Both the position numbers and the translations under genes were made by a program. Positions 32,770-45,935 of a DNA stretch of 64,000 bases are shown here, one piece after another. Position 1 is the first letter of the stretch. The number at the start of each line of letters is the position of its first letter. Origin of the DNA: Squalus acanthias (Eukaryota); contig CM059433.1 in assembly GCA_030390025.1 (NCBI GenBank), positions 20,524,001 through 20,588,000 on the forward strand. The letters run 5' to 3'. The notes beneath the pieces are model-generated. The model saw only the letters and a program-made list of their open reading frames with translations, made no database searches and was not told the origin of the DNA.

Positions 32770-35700
32770 TTTGATCTAGTAGCCATTGCTGAGACGTGGT
32801 TGCAGGGTGACCAAAGTTGGGAACTAAATATTCCAGTGTACTTGACTTTTAGAAAAAATAGGCAAAGTGGAAAAGGAGGTTGGGTAGCTCTGATAATAAA
32901 GGATGAGATAAAGGCAGTATTGAGAAAGGATCTTAGCCCAGAAATTCAGGATGTAGAATCAGTATGGGTGGAGCTAAGAAATAACAAAAGGCAGAAAACA
33001 CTGGTGGGAGTGGTTTTAGGTCCCCTAACAGTAAGCATGGTGTTGGACAGAGTATAAATCAAGAAATTAGAGGAGCATGTAACAAGGGTAATGCAATAGT
33101 CCTGGGGGCTTTAATCTTCATATAGACTGGGCAAATTGGCAAAAGTAGCTTGGAGGACGAGTTCATGGAATGCATTCGAGACAGTTTCTAGAACAATATG
33201 TCAAGGAACCAACTAGGGAGTAGGCTATCTAGTATTGTGTAATGAGACAGGGTTAATTAGTAATCTTATAGTAAAGGTTCCTCTAGGGAAGAGTGATCAT
33301 AATATGATAGAATTTCATATTAAGTTTGAGAGTGATGTGGTTAAGTCTAAAAGTAGGGTCTTAAATTTAAAAAAGTCAATTATGAAGGTATGAGAGGTGA
33401 GTTGGCTGAGGTAGATTGAGAAATTAGATGAAAAGATATGACGGTAGATACGCAATGGCAAAAATTTAAAGAAATAATTCATAATTCTCAATGAATATAC
33501 ATTCCCTTGAGGAATATAAACTCCACTGGAAAAGTGATACAACCGTAGCTAACTAGAGCCATTCAGGATAGTATTCGATTAAAAGAAGAGCTTAGAATGT
33601 TGCCATAAAGGGTAGTAATTCTGAGGATTGGGAGAGTTTTAAAAATCACAAAGAATGACCAAGAAAGTGATAAAGAGGGAGAAAATAGAATATGAGATTA
33701 AACTAAATATAAAAACAGATTTTAAGAGCTTCTACAAGTATGTAAAAAGGAAGACAGTAGCGAAAGTAAACATTGGTCCCTTAGAGGTCGAGACAGGTGA
33801 AATTATAATGGAGAATAAGGAAATGGCGGAGATGTTAAACAAATATTTTGTGTCTGTCTTCACAGTAGGAGACACAAAGCACATATCGGAATGTGTGGGG
33901 AATGAGGGGTCTAATGAGAGTGAGGAACTTAAAGTAATTAATATTAGTAAAGAAAATGTACTGGAGAAATTACTGGGACTAAAAGCTAACAAATCCCTTG
34001 ACCTGAGGGCTTATATCCCAGGGTTCTAAAAGAGTTGGCTGCAGAGATAGTGGATGCATTGGTTTTGATCTCCCAGAATTTCCTAGATTCTAGAATGGTC
34101 CCCGTGGATTGGAAGGTAGCAAATATAACCCCGCTGTTCAAGAAAGGAGGGAGAGAGAAAACAGGGAACGACAGGCCAGGATGTGGTAACAGGGCACTTG
34201 GGAAATCACAATATGATTAGGCAGAGTCAACACGGATTTATGAAAGGGAAATTGTGTTTGGCAAATCTATTAGAGGTTTTTGAGGATGTAACTAGCAGGG
34301 TAGATAATGGGGAACCAATGGATGTTGTATATTTGGATTTTCAGAAGGCTTTCAATATTGTGCCACACAATAGGTTGTAACAGAAAATTAGGGCTCATGG
34401 GATGGGGGTAATATATTAGCATGGATTGAGGATTGATTATCAGACAGAAAACAGAGAGTAGGAATAAATGGGTCATTTTTGGGATGGCAGGCTGTAACTA
34501 GTGCAGTGCCGCAAGGATCAGTGCTTGTGCTTCAGCTATTTACAATCTATATCAATGGCTTAGATGAGGGGACCGAGTGTAATATACCCAAGTTTGCTGA
34601 TGATACAAAGCTAGGTGGGAAAGTAAGCTGTGAGGAGGATGTAAGGAGGCTGCAAAGGGATATAGACAGGTTAAGTGATTGGGAAAGAAGGTGGCAGATG
34701 GAGTATAATGTGGGGAAGTGTGAAATTATCCACTTTGGTAGGAAGAATGGAAAACAGAATATTTTTTAAAAGGTGAGGGATTAGTAAATGTTGAGATTTA
34801 GAGGGTTTTGGGTGTCCTTGTACATGAATCACAGAAAGTAAACACACACAGGTACAGCAAGCAATTAAGAAGGCAAATGGTATGTTAGCCTTTATTACAA
34901 AGGGATTGCAGTATAAGAGTAAGGAAGTCTTGCTCCAATTATATAGAGCTTTGGTGAGACCACACCTGGAGTACCGTGTACAGTTTTGGTCTCCTTACCT
35001 AAGGAAGGATATACTTGCCTTAGAGGTGGTGCAATGGAAGTTCACTCGATTGATTGGGATGAGAGGGTTGTCCTATGAGGAGTGATTGAGTAGAATGGGC
35101 CTATATTCTCTGGAGTTTAGAAGAATGAGAGGTGATCTAATTGAAACGTATAAAATTCTGAAAGGGCTGGACAGGGTAGATGCTGAGAGGCTGTTTCCCC
35201 TGGCTGGAGAGTCTAGAACTATGGGTCATAGTCTCAGGATAAGGGGTCGGCCTTTTAGGACTGAGATGAGGATAAATTTCTTCACTCAGAGAGTTGTGAA
35301 TCTTTGGAATTCTCTACTTCAGAGGGCTGTAGATGCTTAGTGCTGAGTATATTCAAGACTGAAATCGATAGATTTTTGGGCACTAAGGGAATCAGGGGAT
35401 ATGGGGATAGGGCAGGAAAGTGGAGTTGATGTAAAAGTTTAGCCATGATTTTATTGAGTGGTGGTGCAGGCTCGATGGGCTGTATGGCCTACTCCTGCTC
35501 CTATTTCTTATGTTCTTAGGTTCGTGAACATGTGGTAGCCTCTTTCCTGATCATTGGGTATCCTCTTCTGTTTTGCTTTATACTTGCGCCAATAAGTGAA
35601 TTACAATATCGAAAAGTAGACCAAATGGATGTCTGTTGGAAGTATCAGTGTCTCGAAATCCAGAGGATCCAGCTCAGCAGCTAGGTTTGGGGAGCACCTT

Positions 35701-35793
35701 GCTTACCTCCTGTACAGTAAGCTGTGCACCAAGGGGCTCGCTGTCATGACAGCATCACATCATTATTCCTTTTAAAGCTATACCCATTAATTT

Positions 35794-37063
35794 AACAACA
35801 ACAGCAACTTGTATTTATATAGCGAGTTTAATGTGGTAAAACGTCCTAAGGCGCTTCACAGGAGTATTATAAGAAAACAAATTTCACACCGAGTCACATA
35901 AAGAGAAATTAGGGCAGATGACCAAAAGCTTGGTCAAAGAGGTGAGTTTTAAGGAGTGTCTTAAAGGAGGAAAGAGAGGTAGCAAGGTGGAGAGGTTGAG
36001 GAAGGGAATTCCAGAGCTTAGGGCCTAGGCAAAAGAAGACACGGCCACTAATGTTTGAGCGATTACAATCAGGGATCCTCAAGAGGGCAGAATTAGAGGA
36101 GCGCAGATATCTCGGGGTGGGGCGAGGGTTGTTGTGGGGCTGAAGGAGATTACAGAGATAGGAAGGGGCGAGGCCATGGATGGATTTGAAAACAAGGATG
36201 AGAATTTTAAAATTGAGGCTTTGCTTAACTGGGAGCCAATGTAGGTGAGCGAGCACAGAGGTGATGGGCGAACGGGACACGGGCACGAGCAGTCGAGTTT
36301 TGGATGACCTCAAGTTTACATAGGATAGAACATGGGAGGCTAGCCAGGAGTGCATTAGAATAGTCAAGTCTAGAGGTAACAAAGGCATGGATGAGGGTTT
36401 CAGCAGCGGATGAGCCGAGGCAATGGCGAAGACAGGCGATGTTACGGAGGTGGAAATAGGTGGTCTTAGTTATGCTGTGGATATGTGGTCGGAAGCTCAT
36501 TTCAGGGTCAAATATGACACCAAGGTTGCAAACAATGTGGTTCAGCCCCAGACAGATGTTAGGGAGAGGGATGGAGTCAGTGGCTAGGGAACGGAGTTTG
36601 TGGCGGGGACCAAAAACAATGGCTTTGGTCTTCCCTATATTTAATTGGAGAAAATTTCTGCTCATCCAGACCTGGATGTCAGACAAGCAGTCTGACAATT
36701 TAGTGACTGTGGAGGGGTCGAGAGAGGTGGTGGTGAGATAGAGCTGGATGTCGTCAGCGTACATGTGGAAACTGACGCTGTGTTTTCGGATGATGTCGCC
36801 AAGGGGCAGCATGTAGTTGAGAAATAGGAGGGGGACAAGGATAGATCCTTGGGGGACACCAGAGGTAATGATGCGGGAGCGGGAAGAGAAGCCGTTGCAG
36901 GTGATTCTCTGGCTACGATTAGATAGATAAGAATGGAACCGGGCGAGTGCAGTCCCACCCAGCTGGACGACGGTGGAGAGGTGTTGGAGGAAGATGGAGT
37001 GGTCAACCATGTCAAAGGCTGCAGACAGGTCAAGAAGGACGAGGAGGGATAGTTTACCTTTGT
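35794..37063 (-). mobile_element. L2 LINE 3' part (RT and tail)
   Basis: LLVLLDLSAAFDMVDH, SGVPQGSIL, HMYADDIQLYL, LIHAFVTSRLDYSN, LHWLPV; tail gctatataaatacaagttgctgttgttg. Confidence 0.95.
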
Positions 37064-37199
37064 TTAAAGAAAAAAAGTACTGAAAAATATTTATTATGGA
37101 ATAGAAAGAAGTATATATTTTTTTAATTACAGAAACACACAAAAGTTGCCACCCTATAAAGCATTTCAATCATTGCTGGCCTTAAACCAATTGGGGAAT

Positions 37200-37980
37200 T
37201 ATTATTTCAGGTGCCTCCAATGTGTTTTCCCTCTGGGGTGTTAACACATGGATGTCTGGTAGTCCACCACCTGTAGCCCTTCGTTCATGGACGTTGAAGG
37301 CAATCTTCTCCTGCATGAGGGCTGTGCAGATACAGTGCTGTGTTACATTCTCATATTCCTTCTTTCATTTATGTAATCTTTCACCTCCTGAAATAGATGA
37401 ATTATAAGTGTACAAGAACATCAAAGTGCACACATGTCTCCGTGATTCCATTGCACTGATTGGTGTTGAGTCCAAGCATCTACCTTACCTACCTTTCTCA
37501 GATATCCTGGTGGTCAGCAGGATTCTACCAACAGCTGCTGCTGCTTCCTTACAGGCTGCTCTTACAGCACAGTTTTCAGGCAATTTCCCTTAAGTTTAAC
37601 ACCAAGAAGTGCATCTTTCCTCAGCTTTATCTCACTTAAAAGGCACTCTAACTCATTGTAAAAATTACCTGTTCTCCTCTTTCCTTCACTTGCTTCTGCT
37701 GTGGCCAGTTAAGGATTGAGGACACTCACTTTAAGTGCAGGCTGCCTTTAAATGGCACCGCATTCCAACTCCTCCCCCCACCCCCGCCCACCCCCCAATG
37801 GGGCACTTCTGCCACGTTGCTGGCAACAGTCCCGACCAATTCCCCACCAGCATTATTCCAATGAGCTTAAATCCAAATGTGTCAGTTTGCTTGGCTAGGA
37901 ACTCACTTAACTCCAGACCGGGCACAGTTAATTCCTGCCCTGCCGAGCTTCAGATCGCCAAACTTGGAAATTTCAGGATT
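37200..37980. mobile_element. Possible very old Harbinger-like remnant
   Basis: 'cctttaaatgg' motif and 'gaaatttcagg' end resemble other copies; no clear coding frame. Confidence 0.3.
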
Positions 37981-38317
37981 ATGGTCTATGACCTTAAAAA
38001 GAAAATATGACCAGTGATTAATACGTGACCCAGAGTAGCTGGGACTAAGAAACTGGAAGGGAATGTTACTGTTAGATCTAGCTCAGGGGATAGAGTCTTC
38101 ATAACAATAATAGTTTGGGGAGGCATAAGAGCCATGTGTTATTTTCATCATGATATCATAAACACACAAGACGACGATATGTTTTGAGGTGGTATATAGT
38201 ACTGCATTGTGTATTCGTAAACAAATAAAGTGCTTTCTGTAGAAGATAATACCATTAAGATTGACCACCTTATTTCGACTGTTGCACAAGTAATCACACT
38301 AATGCCCACCACGTACA

Positions 38318-38467
38318 AATGGCCAGCACTCGATTACAAGCGGCCACAATTAAATCTCGGGGCTGGCATCTCTTTACGAATTGTCAGCAATTGATATAAT
38401 GGCTTTCACTTGATTACAAGTGGCCACCACTAGCAATAATGGCCCGCACTCAATTACAAGTGGACAC
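38318..38467 (+). repeat. Three spaced 30-bp direct repeats
   Basis: aatggcYNNcactYRattacaagYggMcac at 38318, 38398 and 38438. Confidence 0.85.
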
Positions 38468-40056
38468 GACTAACTATGCCAACTGTTGAAGCAAATGATT
38501 TGAACAAAATATGATTGAAATGAATGCACTGACAAAGGAGACTCACTTGAGTTGTGCCTCTTAATGACTACTATTGGATTTAGCATTTGCTGTGTTAATA
38601 GAAATCTGCAAAATGCTGCCTGTCCCTCTGTACTGACTAGAAGAGAGATCCATAACAAACATTATTAATTGAATACCGGGGGAATGTCCACATCCTGATT
38701 TTTTTTATTTCCATTTGTGAGTCTGATGGCAACTTATGATTTTGCTACATGCTAGTTGTATTGCCAGCCTCTCTTGAGAAAATAATAGACATGTAATATA
38801 TGCTGACAGTATTATTTCCCAGTAATCAATCCAACATTGCTACTCGATCAAGCTGCAGCGGTTTTTACAATTATTAATCCTGCCATGTGAATACTGAGAT
38901 CTCTTTCAACAAAAATAACGCCATAGTCCCACGGGGCTCACCATTTATGTCATAAAATTATTAGCAATAAAGGAACTGAGTGACTTGCAATTGACTGAGT
39001 GACCATTTGTAATTGACTAAGTGAGTGGCATAGGTGATTGGAACAATTGAGTAGAAATTACTTTTATTGGCAGATGAATGCTTAATGTTATCTATCTGTT
39101 ATTTTAGTGGAATATTAACATACTTTAAATAAAACAGTGAACAAAAAATTTTCCTGAAACAGATTAAACATTGTCCACTAATACTGCCAACAATAATTTC
39201 TAAACTGACGTTCCTTCACCTCTGGCAGGCGTTCAAGTCCATTCAAGCTGGAGAGTGAAAATCTCCTTTCTCTTTGCTGGCATTACGTGTCCTACAAGAA
39301 ATAAGTGTGCGCAGTCTCAAGGCAGTGCTTCATGGTCATGACTCCACAGCAACAAATTGCCCTCAATCTGACGCACTCAATCTTAGCGACCTGACAGATG
39401 GAAATGTCACACTTGTGCATCAGGAGTTCCTTTTACAAATTGGGGTTAAGGGACATTGTTGAGCAGAGGAGATGGAGTTTTACTTTCCATTTGATTGTAC
39501 TACAACTGGCTAAGGAATACTTGATGCTGGCACCAGGCACCTGAAATCAAAAGTCATCTGTACTGATATTCCTCATCTTGATTGGCACAAAAACATACAT
39601 TGAAAAAACAAATGCAAAGTTGTTGTAACGATCTCAAGGCTGTGATCTCATGTTGAGTTTTAGACAATGGTTATAAATTACACAATTAGATTTCTATGTT
39701 GTCATCACTCCCAAGTATCCGCTGTTCCTTTTATAAGACACAGACAACCATTTAATGTGATTTATCAAGGTCCGTCAAAAGAAAACTTCCTTAGGAGACC
39801 ATTAGATTCGTTTTTTTTTAATTTAAGAGTTAAATATTTTAAAAATGATGAAATATTGTTACAAATTCTGGTCTGCCACAGGTATCTACTCAGGTTCAAT
39901 GGTGTCAGTTGTTCCCTTAACCAGTCTGGTTACCCGCTTTTTTATGGAAAGTGCCTCCCACTGTCCTGTATCTGGTAGCATAATCGTGAGACCCGCAAGG
40001 GAACAGTGAAACACCCCTATGATATGGAGTGGATCTCTATGTTTTGAGAACATAAT

Positions 40057-40820
40057 GGGACAGATTTTGCTTTCAAAATAACAGTGAGCCTAATGGTGCT
40101 TGCCGTTATTTATGGGTAAATGGTACAGCAATTTCAGGCGAGGAGTAGATGCGTGGTTAAATGCGAATATCCAAAAGTTGCTGTCCGAGGTACTCCGCTC
40201 CACCATTAGCTTCGCGAAAACGGTATCTCACTGATTGCCTCCCCATTGACATGCATTGAATGTCGTGAAGTTGCTGTATTTGGGCGATAAATACGAACTA
40301 AACCCACCACAGATATTTAGGGCTAGTAATTACATGCCCAATTACCCTTTTAACAATGTGTTAAGTGTTAATGTCTGCCAATCAACCGCTCTGGCACCGA
40401 AAATTAACATAAGTGTGGAGTCTCATGCCTTCAGGTTGTAAATTAGTTTAGATTTTTAAAATGTCAAATTTTAAATTTTTACATTTGTTTTCTTACTTTT
40501 TCATTCTGTCTCTTTTCTCTCTCTCTTTAGCCAATCTTTCTTTCTCCCTCTATTTATTTTTCTGTTCTTGATTTGGCATTGAATTCACCCACTCTAATTC
40601 ACCCTCCTTCTCCGTCCTTCCTCTGTTTAGTTCCCAATCCTTAAACTGATTGGTTAAGGAGAGACCAAGTTTGCCCTGTTCACTGAGGTCCCAGATGCCA
40701 GGTTTCCCTCTCTGCGCCGTTATCAGCTCGCACTTTCAGCTGTTTTGAGCTGAAGGGTGCAGGGGCAAGTCTAACTAACGGCAGACATCATTAGATGCCC
40801 TGCTACAGCAAAATCCGGCA
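40057..40820. mobile_element. Harbinger-type MITE
   Basis: Termini gggacagattttgct / agcaaaatccggca; AT-rich core like other copies. Confidence 0.65.
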
Positions 40821-41483
40821 TTTATTTTCTAATCACTTCGAAGGCAGAGTGAGTCAACACCAGGAGAGGTTCATAAACTGCTTTATTCCATAGTAGACAA
40901 AACATACAGAAGACTGGGTATGATGAAAAATCACTTGGGACAATCAGTACAACTTCAGTTTGTGTCCCGTTACAAAATAAAAACCCACGTGCAATAGCCA
41001 CTGGGGATTCTTACTTAATATTGAAAGGTATATTCGATCTGATATCTGTCCTGCAGCGGTTATTTCGCCCTCTCAGTCTTTATGTTGCCTTCTCAATTTG
41101 CAGCCTTTCTCCTGCTTTACTCCTTTTGTAGCTTTTCTCCTGTTTTCTTTTACTTCTGGAGTCAGTATCGATTTTTAAAAAGCCTCTCTTCAAAAGCTAG
41201 CAGAGATGAAAGCAACTTGTCGCCACTGAGGTTCGAAATGTTTCCTGAATGACCAGACATTGTTAACGGATGGGCCATTGTGTGGAAACTCTTCAGAAAA
41301 ATGGTTAATCCCACATTTAAAACACATTTTGACTGCCACTGAATTGACAGATCAGCATGGGATTGTCTGGTGCAGCTAACGGCTTTTCGGCAAAGTTCTG
41401 CTCCAAAGTATTTCAAGGCAACTTGTCTTGAGTCCTATTCGTGGGGGAAAAAAAGGGGCCACAGAATCCTGGGCCATGACAAT

Positions 41484-41627
41484 GGGGTAGATCTTGATTC
41501 TGTCCGATAGTGCAAAGTGGGTGAAAGCGAGTTGAAGTCAATTGAAATAAAAATTGGGAGAGGTGTACAACGGGCTGCCGACTCACTATCAGCCGTTTTG
41601 CACTATTGCACAGTCAAGATCTACCCC
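41484..41627. mobile_element. Short hairpin MITE
   Basis: Perfect 14-bp terminal inverted repeat ggggtagatcttga / tcaagatctacccc; flanks aat/agt. Confidence 0.85.
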
Positions 41628-41952
41628 AGTATACTTTGCCGCTTGTCCAACATACCTAAGCCTTAGCTAAGACACTATCATATTACACTGTTGTAAATAA
41701 CTGGTAATGTCTACTTCCATTTATGACTCATACTGGGAAAGTTCGTAAAGTCTCTTCCCACGTGGAACTTTTCACTCATCTGGAAACTGATACAAAGTTC
41801 TTATTTTGCTCCACATAAATTAAATTCAATGAAACATCGATGTCTCCATTCCCACAGTAGCCTTCCATATTATGATTGCTGAAATTCTTTGACTCTGTCC
41901 GATAGCCTGCTTAATGCTCAGTTGAGAGTTACAAACAGGAGCTTTGTAGTAA

Positions 41953-42052
41953 GGACTGCAGCGGCCCAAGAAGGCAGCTCACCACCACCACCTCAAGGGC
42001 ACTTAGGGATGGGCAATTGCCAGTGACACCCACATCCCAGGAACGAATAAAA
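41953..42052 (+). mobile_element. 3' end of the LINE family seen at 63190-63727
   Basis: ggactgcagcgg..caagaaggcagctcaccaccac..ctcaagggca..tagggatgggcaat. Confidence 0.8.
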
Positions 42053-44539
42053 CAAACTTGGCACTTCATTAAAATGATCAAAATAACAAACAAAGTAAAC
42101 ATGGGTTAGCGCACAGTCAGCATGCTGGTCCAAATGGCAGCGGCTGCTTCGTGTGCTCCCTAGCATATGTGTAACTACTCTATAAGAGCAGTTTCATTGA
42201 CAGTTAAGGAAGACATCTGAAAACATTCCTGATCTGCGCTGCTGGAGCAGATTGCAAAGAAGGTAGGATGTGAATGAAATGCGCAAGAAGCCTGTTTGCT
42301 TTGTACGCTCCTTACTGTAGGTGAAACCCTTCACTTAATTAATTTTCTGCTCCCAGCACACAGCTCTTCCTGGGGTTACATTAATAATCGGAGTGGTGGG
42401 AAGAGCTTTGCGCTTTGACCACCAGCTCCCCCTAGAGGCAGGCTGTCATCCCTGAATGTTGTCAGGAGATGTAGATTAAAGACTTCTGTCTAGTGGACTG
42501 ATTATTGGCTAACAGCTACCCTTGTGTTTGCACTGCCGAGTTCTACGTAGCCTAAGGTTAGAGGAAAGCAATATTTTCTGCCATATGATGAAACCACTCA
42601 AAAATACTTAATGTTCATCATACTGCAAACATAACCTTTAGTCGTTTTTAGTGCCCGAAGCTGAAAACACCATCAGTTACTCTTGTTATCCTTGGAGCAA
42701 TATCTTGGGAGACAGATAGCTGGAAAATATGTTTGTATGACATGCTGATTTGTAGTTGCATATAGACACATATTTGTATGATGTTCCAATTTATTTTTAT
42801 TATATCTTTATGGAGTGATGTTGATCAAATCAAGATGTTGTAGTGATGCAATTTTAAAGGCAAATGCAAGCAGGGCTGCTGCATTATGTCAATCTTCTGT
42901 TCAGGCCTCCTGCAGGGAAAACAGAAATGAATCATTGTTATATGCGATGCAATTCAGTTGTGTGGAGAAATGAAGATCCTCCTTTTGTCAGAGCTACTTC
43001 TTTTCTCTTACTCCTGTGGATAAGGGTGAATTGGATATGGGCCGTGCACTGTTACTGTGTTCGAGTGCATTAGGGTGTCTTGCTGCAAGAAACTACCATG
43101 GCATATCTTGTCACTGACCGATAACTTGTGTCACTTGAATCACAGTGACTGTCAGAGCCGGGCTTCGGTTATTGGGAGCCCCCAGCCAATTTAGTCAACT
43201 GTTGCCCCTTGTCGCTCTGAAATCTGTGTTATTTTACCGCTGCGGATTTTTTTTTATGCTATTCTTAAGGTACAGTCTCTCCTGCCACACTGCCAAGGAG
43301 TTTTAGGTTCATTTTATTTTTTGAAAAAAATGTCATTGAGAAATGTTGTTATCTTTGGGGCACATGCTAAATGTTAAGTGACATCTCCGGGGAAAGAGGA
43401 CTGAGAGGAGGGAAAATAATCTTTCTGTATTTCAATTCTCCACAATGCCCTAATCTGGATAGTTTTTGGAATGTCTAAAAAGGAGGATCCCAACCACAGT
43501 TACGGGAATGATGGCGATTTTCCACATACTGTAAATACAATGTTGTTTTTCTGAATTGTCGTTGTCGGAGGGGTTTGGGTGGGCCTTGACCATTTAAAAG
43601 ATTTCTGCGAATGGACCAATGAATTGTGGTAATATTGCAATTCCCAATTTCTGCCAATAGGTGTCAGTGGTCACAGGACTGAGTGGCAACATCTAGTGGT
43701 GCCCACTGATTACTGCAAAAGTGCAGGTTGCCTCACTTTATGCCGACTTTTGCACTGACATTAGTGAGCAGAGGAAAACATACCCCTGCGTGCAGCTACA
43801 GATTTTAGAAAGGCATATTTTGACTCTGTTCAGGCATGTAAACAATTGTATAACTTCAAAGGGAATAGTGAAGGGTACTCTATCTGTGCCATGAGCAGGA
43901 CAGTAAACCAACCCATGTTTGCTACAATGTGTCGCAATTATAACAGAAAGCATACAATAAATAGGTAATGTGCATTTTACATGTGAAATGTTTCAAGCGT
44001 TATGATAACCCTTGTTACACTCACAATTGTTGATGACATTTAGTCGAACCTATCCTGGGTACAAATATTACGATATGCTTTTTATTGAATTTTTAGTAAC
44101 TGTTTTAGTTTGTCTTCCTCTCCCCCTTTCCAATCCCATTTTATTTTCCCAGGTTTCTGTCAGACTTCGTTGCAACCAGTTTGGAGGAGGTGTGCAAGAA
44201 CATCCTCATGCAATTTGCTCCATAATTTTTCATTGTCCATTTGAAACCTTCCAAAAATGGCTTCTCCAAGATGTGGAAGCTGTGTGCAAGAAATCACAGT
44301 TATGAATCCAGTTGCTTCCAGCAGGCTAGTGAAACAACTTGCCAGAGAGTATCACAATTATGACAAAAATATAGAAATGGGGTTATGGGCATTAAAAATA
44401 ACTGTGCCACAAATTAATAAAAAGTAAACTCGATGCAGGTTGCAGATTCTGCAAATTCAGGCATTGTGTAGTCTGGTCATCGTGCCTTCTGGCAATGCAA
44501 TGAATCCTATTTGGCTGACATGTACAAGAGTGCTTAGAA

Positions 44540-44757
44540 TTACATATACTACACAGAAACAGGCCATTCGGCCCAACAGGTCTACGCTGGTGTTTATGCT
44601 CCACACGGGCCTCCTCCCACCCTACTTCATCTAACCCTATCAACATAGCCTTCTATTCCTTTCTCCCTCATGTACTTATCTAGCTTCCCCTTAAATACAT
44701 CTACGCTATTTGCCTCAACTACTCCTGTGGTAGCGAGTTCCACTCTCTGGGTAAAGA
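44540..44757 (-). mobile_element. CR1 3' tail fragment
   Basis: VVEANSVDVFKGKLDKYMREKGIEGY; same subfamily as 9742 and 55815. Confidence 0.88.
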
Positions 44758-45127
44758 GAATGCAGCGTTCCTCTGAGTAGACCAGGCTGAGTACCTGGGG
44801 GAAAAGGCGATTGCACATTACGCCGATTCCTCAGATAGTGAAATCCAACATCTGAAATACAACATATGGCCTAATGTGTTGTTCTAGATGAAGACTGCAT
44901 GATGACGAGGGGAGTACTTTCACAGTGAGTGCAAGTCCATTATGAAATCACGAGCAGTTGATTATAATTCGTAATTTTTGTTTAGTAAATGAAAATACAT
45001 TTGTGTTAGCTGCTGTTATGGTAGGAGAAAACAGTATGACGCAATGTCATATTCAAATCAAGCATGTAGAGACTTTGGCAATACATAATGCAGCGAATAT
45101 AGGAAAGACGTCAAAAACACAGATAGT

Positions 45128-45935
45128 GGCCCCGATATTTACGGGGAGGCGGAGAGGGAGCAAGGGCACATGTTTGTGGGGAGACACCCGGGAATGCCAA
45201 GAACACGGAGGCCCTGCCGAAATTAACGGCAGGACCTCATTAGCATTTCTTAATTCTGTTTCCCGCCTAGCAGCCGGCCAGATTGAGAGGCTGTCTGGCT
45301 GCCGGTTGGGAAAGGCAGCAGTAAAAGGCCGCAGCAATCGGAGAAGGTTGGGGCATAGTGGGGGGGGGGCTCAGAGTATGGCAGCAAGGAGGGAGGGCGG
45401 GAGGAAGAGATCGGGGCGAGGTGGGGAGGGGGTCGACAGACCGTGGGGGTTCTGAAGAACAGGAGGGGGGGGGGGGGCGGCTCCGGAAGATCACGGGGAA
45501 GGAGGCAGATCGCGGTGAGGGCGGCAAATCACGGGCAGGGTAGCAAATCGCACCAGCAGGTTTGCTTGCGGTGCCGGGGGAACGCACTCCTGCTCCTCCT
45601 GGTCCACATGCAGTGCTCTAAAAAGCACTTACCTGCTGCAGCCGGCAGCTCTCGCCAGCTGCAGCTATTTATCCTGAAAAGGAGTCGGGATAAATATCTG
45701 ATTAAAAAGCATTACATTTAAATGGCTGAGGAGCGGAGCCTCATTTAAATATTATAATCACTGACCCGCCTCTCCAGAGCGGGTTACTTGGGCACCCCCA
45801 AACCCACTGCAGTTAAATAGACGCATTTGCAGCGGTTTAGGGTTGGGTTTCACATATTTACCGATTTAACTGCCCCCCCACCCGCAACCGTCTCCCGCCC
45901 GTCGTGTGGGGGTGGGGGGTGCTAAAATGACTCCC
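45128..45935. mobile_element. GC-rich Harbinger-type MITE
   Basis: agt|ggccccgatattt...aaaatgactccc|agt; 3-bp AGT flanks; weak terminal repeat. Confidence 0.65.

Larger units (their letters stand above)
30240..35517 (+). mobile_element. Near full-length degenerate CR1 LINE (5'UTR, ORF1, ORF2 APE+RT, tail) with three insertions
   Basis: ORF1 from 31077 (Cys-rich start, heptad-like segment, GDS esterase); ORF2 AIAETWL, LGKSDH, YLDFQKAF, VPQGS, KFADD, PHLEY; many stops and frameshifts; 5' boundary approximate. Confidence 0.95.

Noticed and set aside
36225..37169. 314-aa ORF as a functional gene
   Set aside because: 5'-truncated L2 RT fragment; the start lies in flanking DNA and the frame shifts near 36260
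38318..38467. CRISPR array
   Set aside because: Only three imperfect repeats, uneven spacers (50 and 10 bp), no cas genes, vertebrate context
41040..41416. Minus-strand coding segment (LLAFEERLFKNRY...)
   Set aside because: Multiple stops downstream; at most an unrecognisable ancient element
42830..42930. Minus-strand exon after ttctgttttccctgcag
   Set aside because: All frames stop within about 30 codons; no supporting homology
44152..44305. Coding exon after a strong acceptor (ttttcccag)
   Set aside because: Two frames stop early, the third gives an unrecognised peptide, and I found no linked exon
45128..45935. CpG island or host promoter (also 11441-12333, 27479-27975, 32132-32436)
   Set aside because: GC/CpG richness is confined to MITE boundaries
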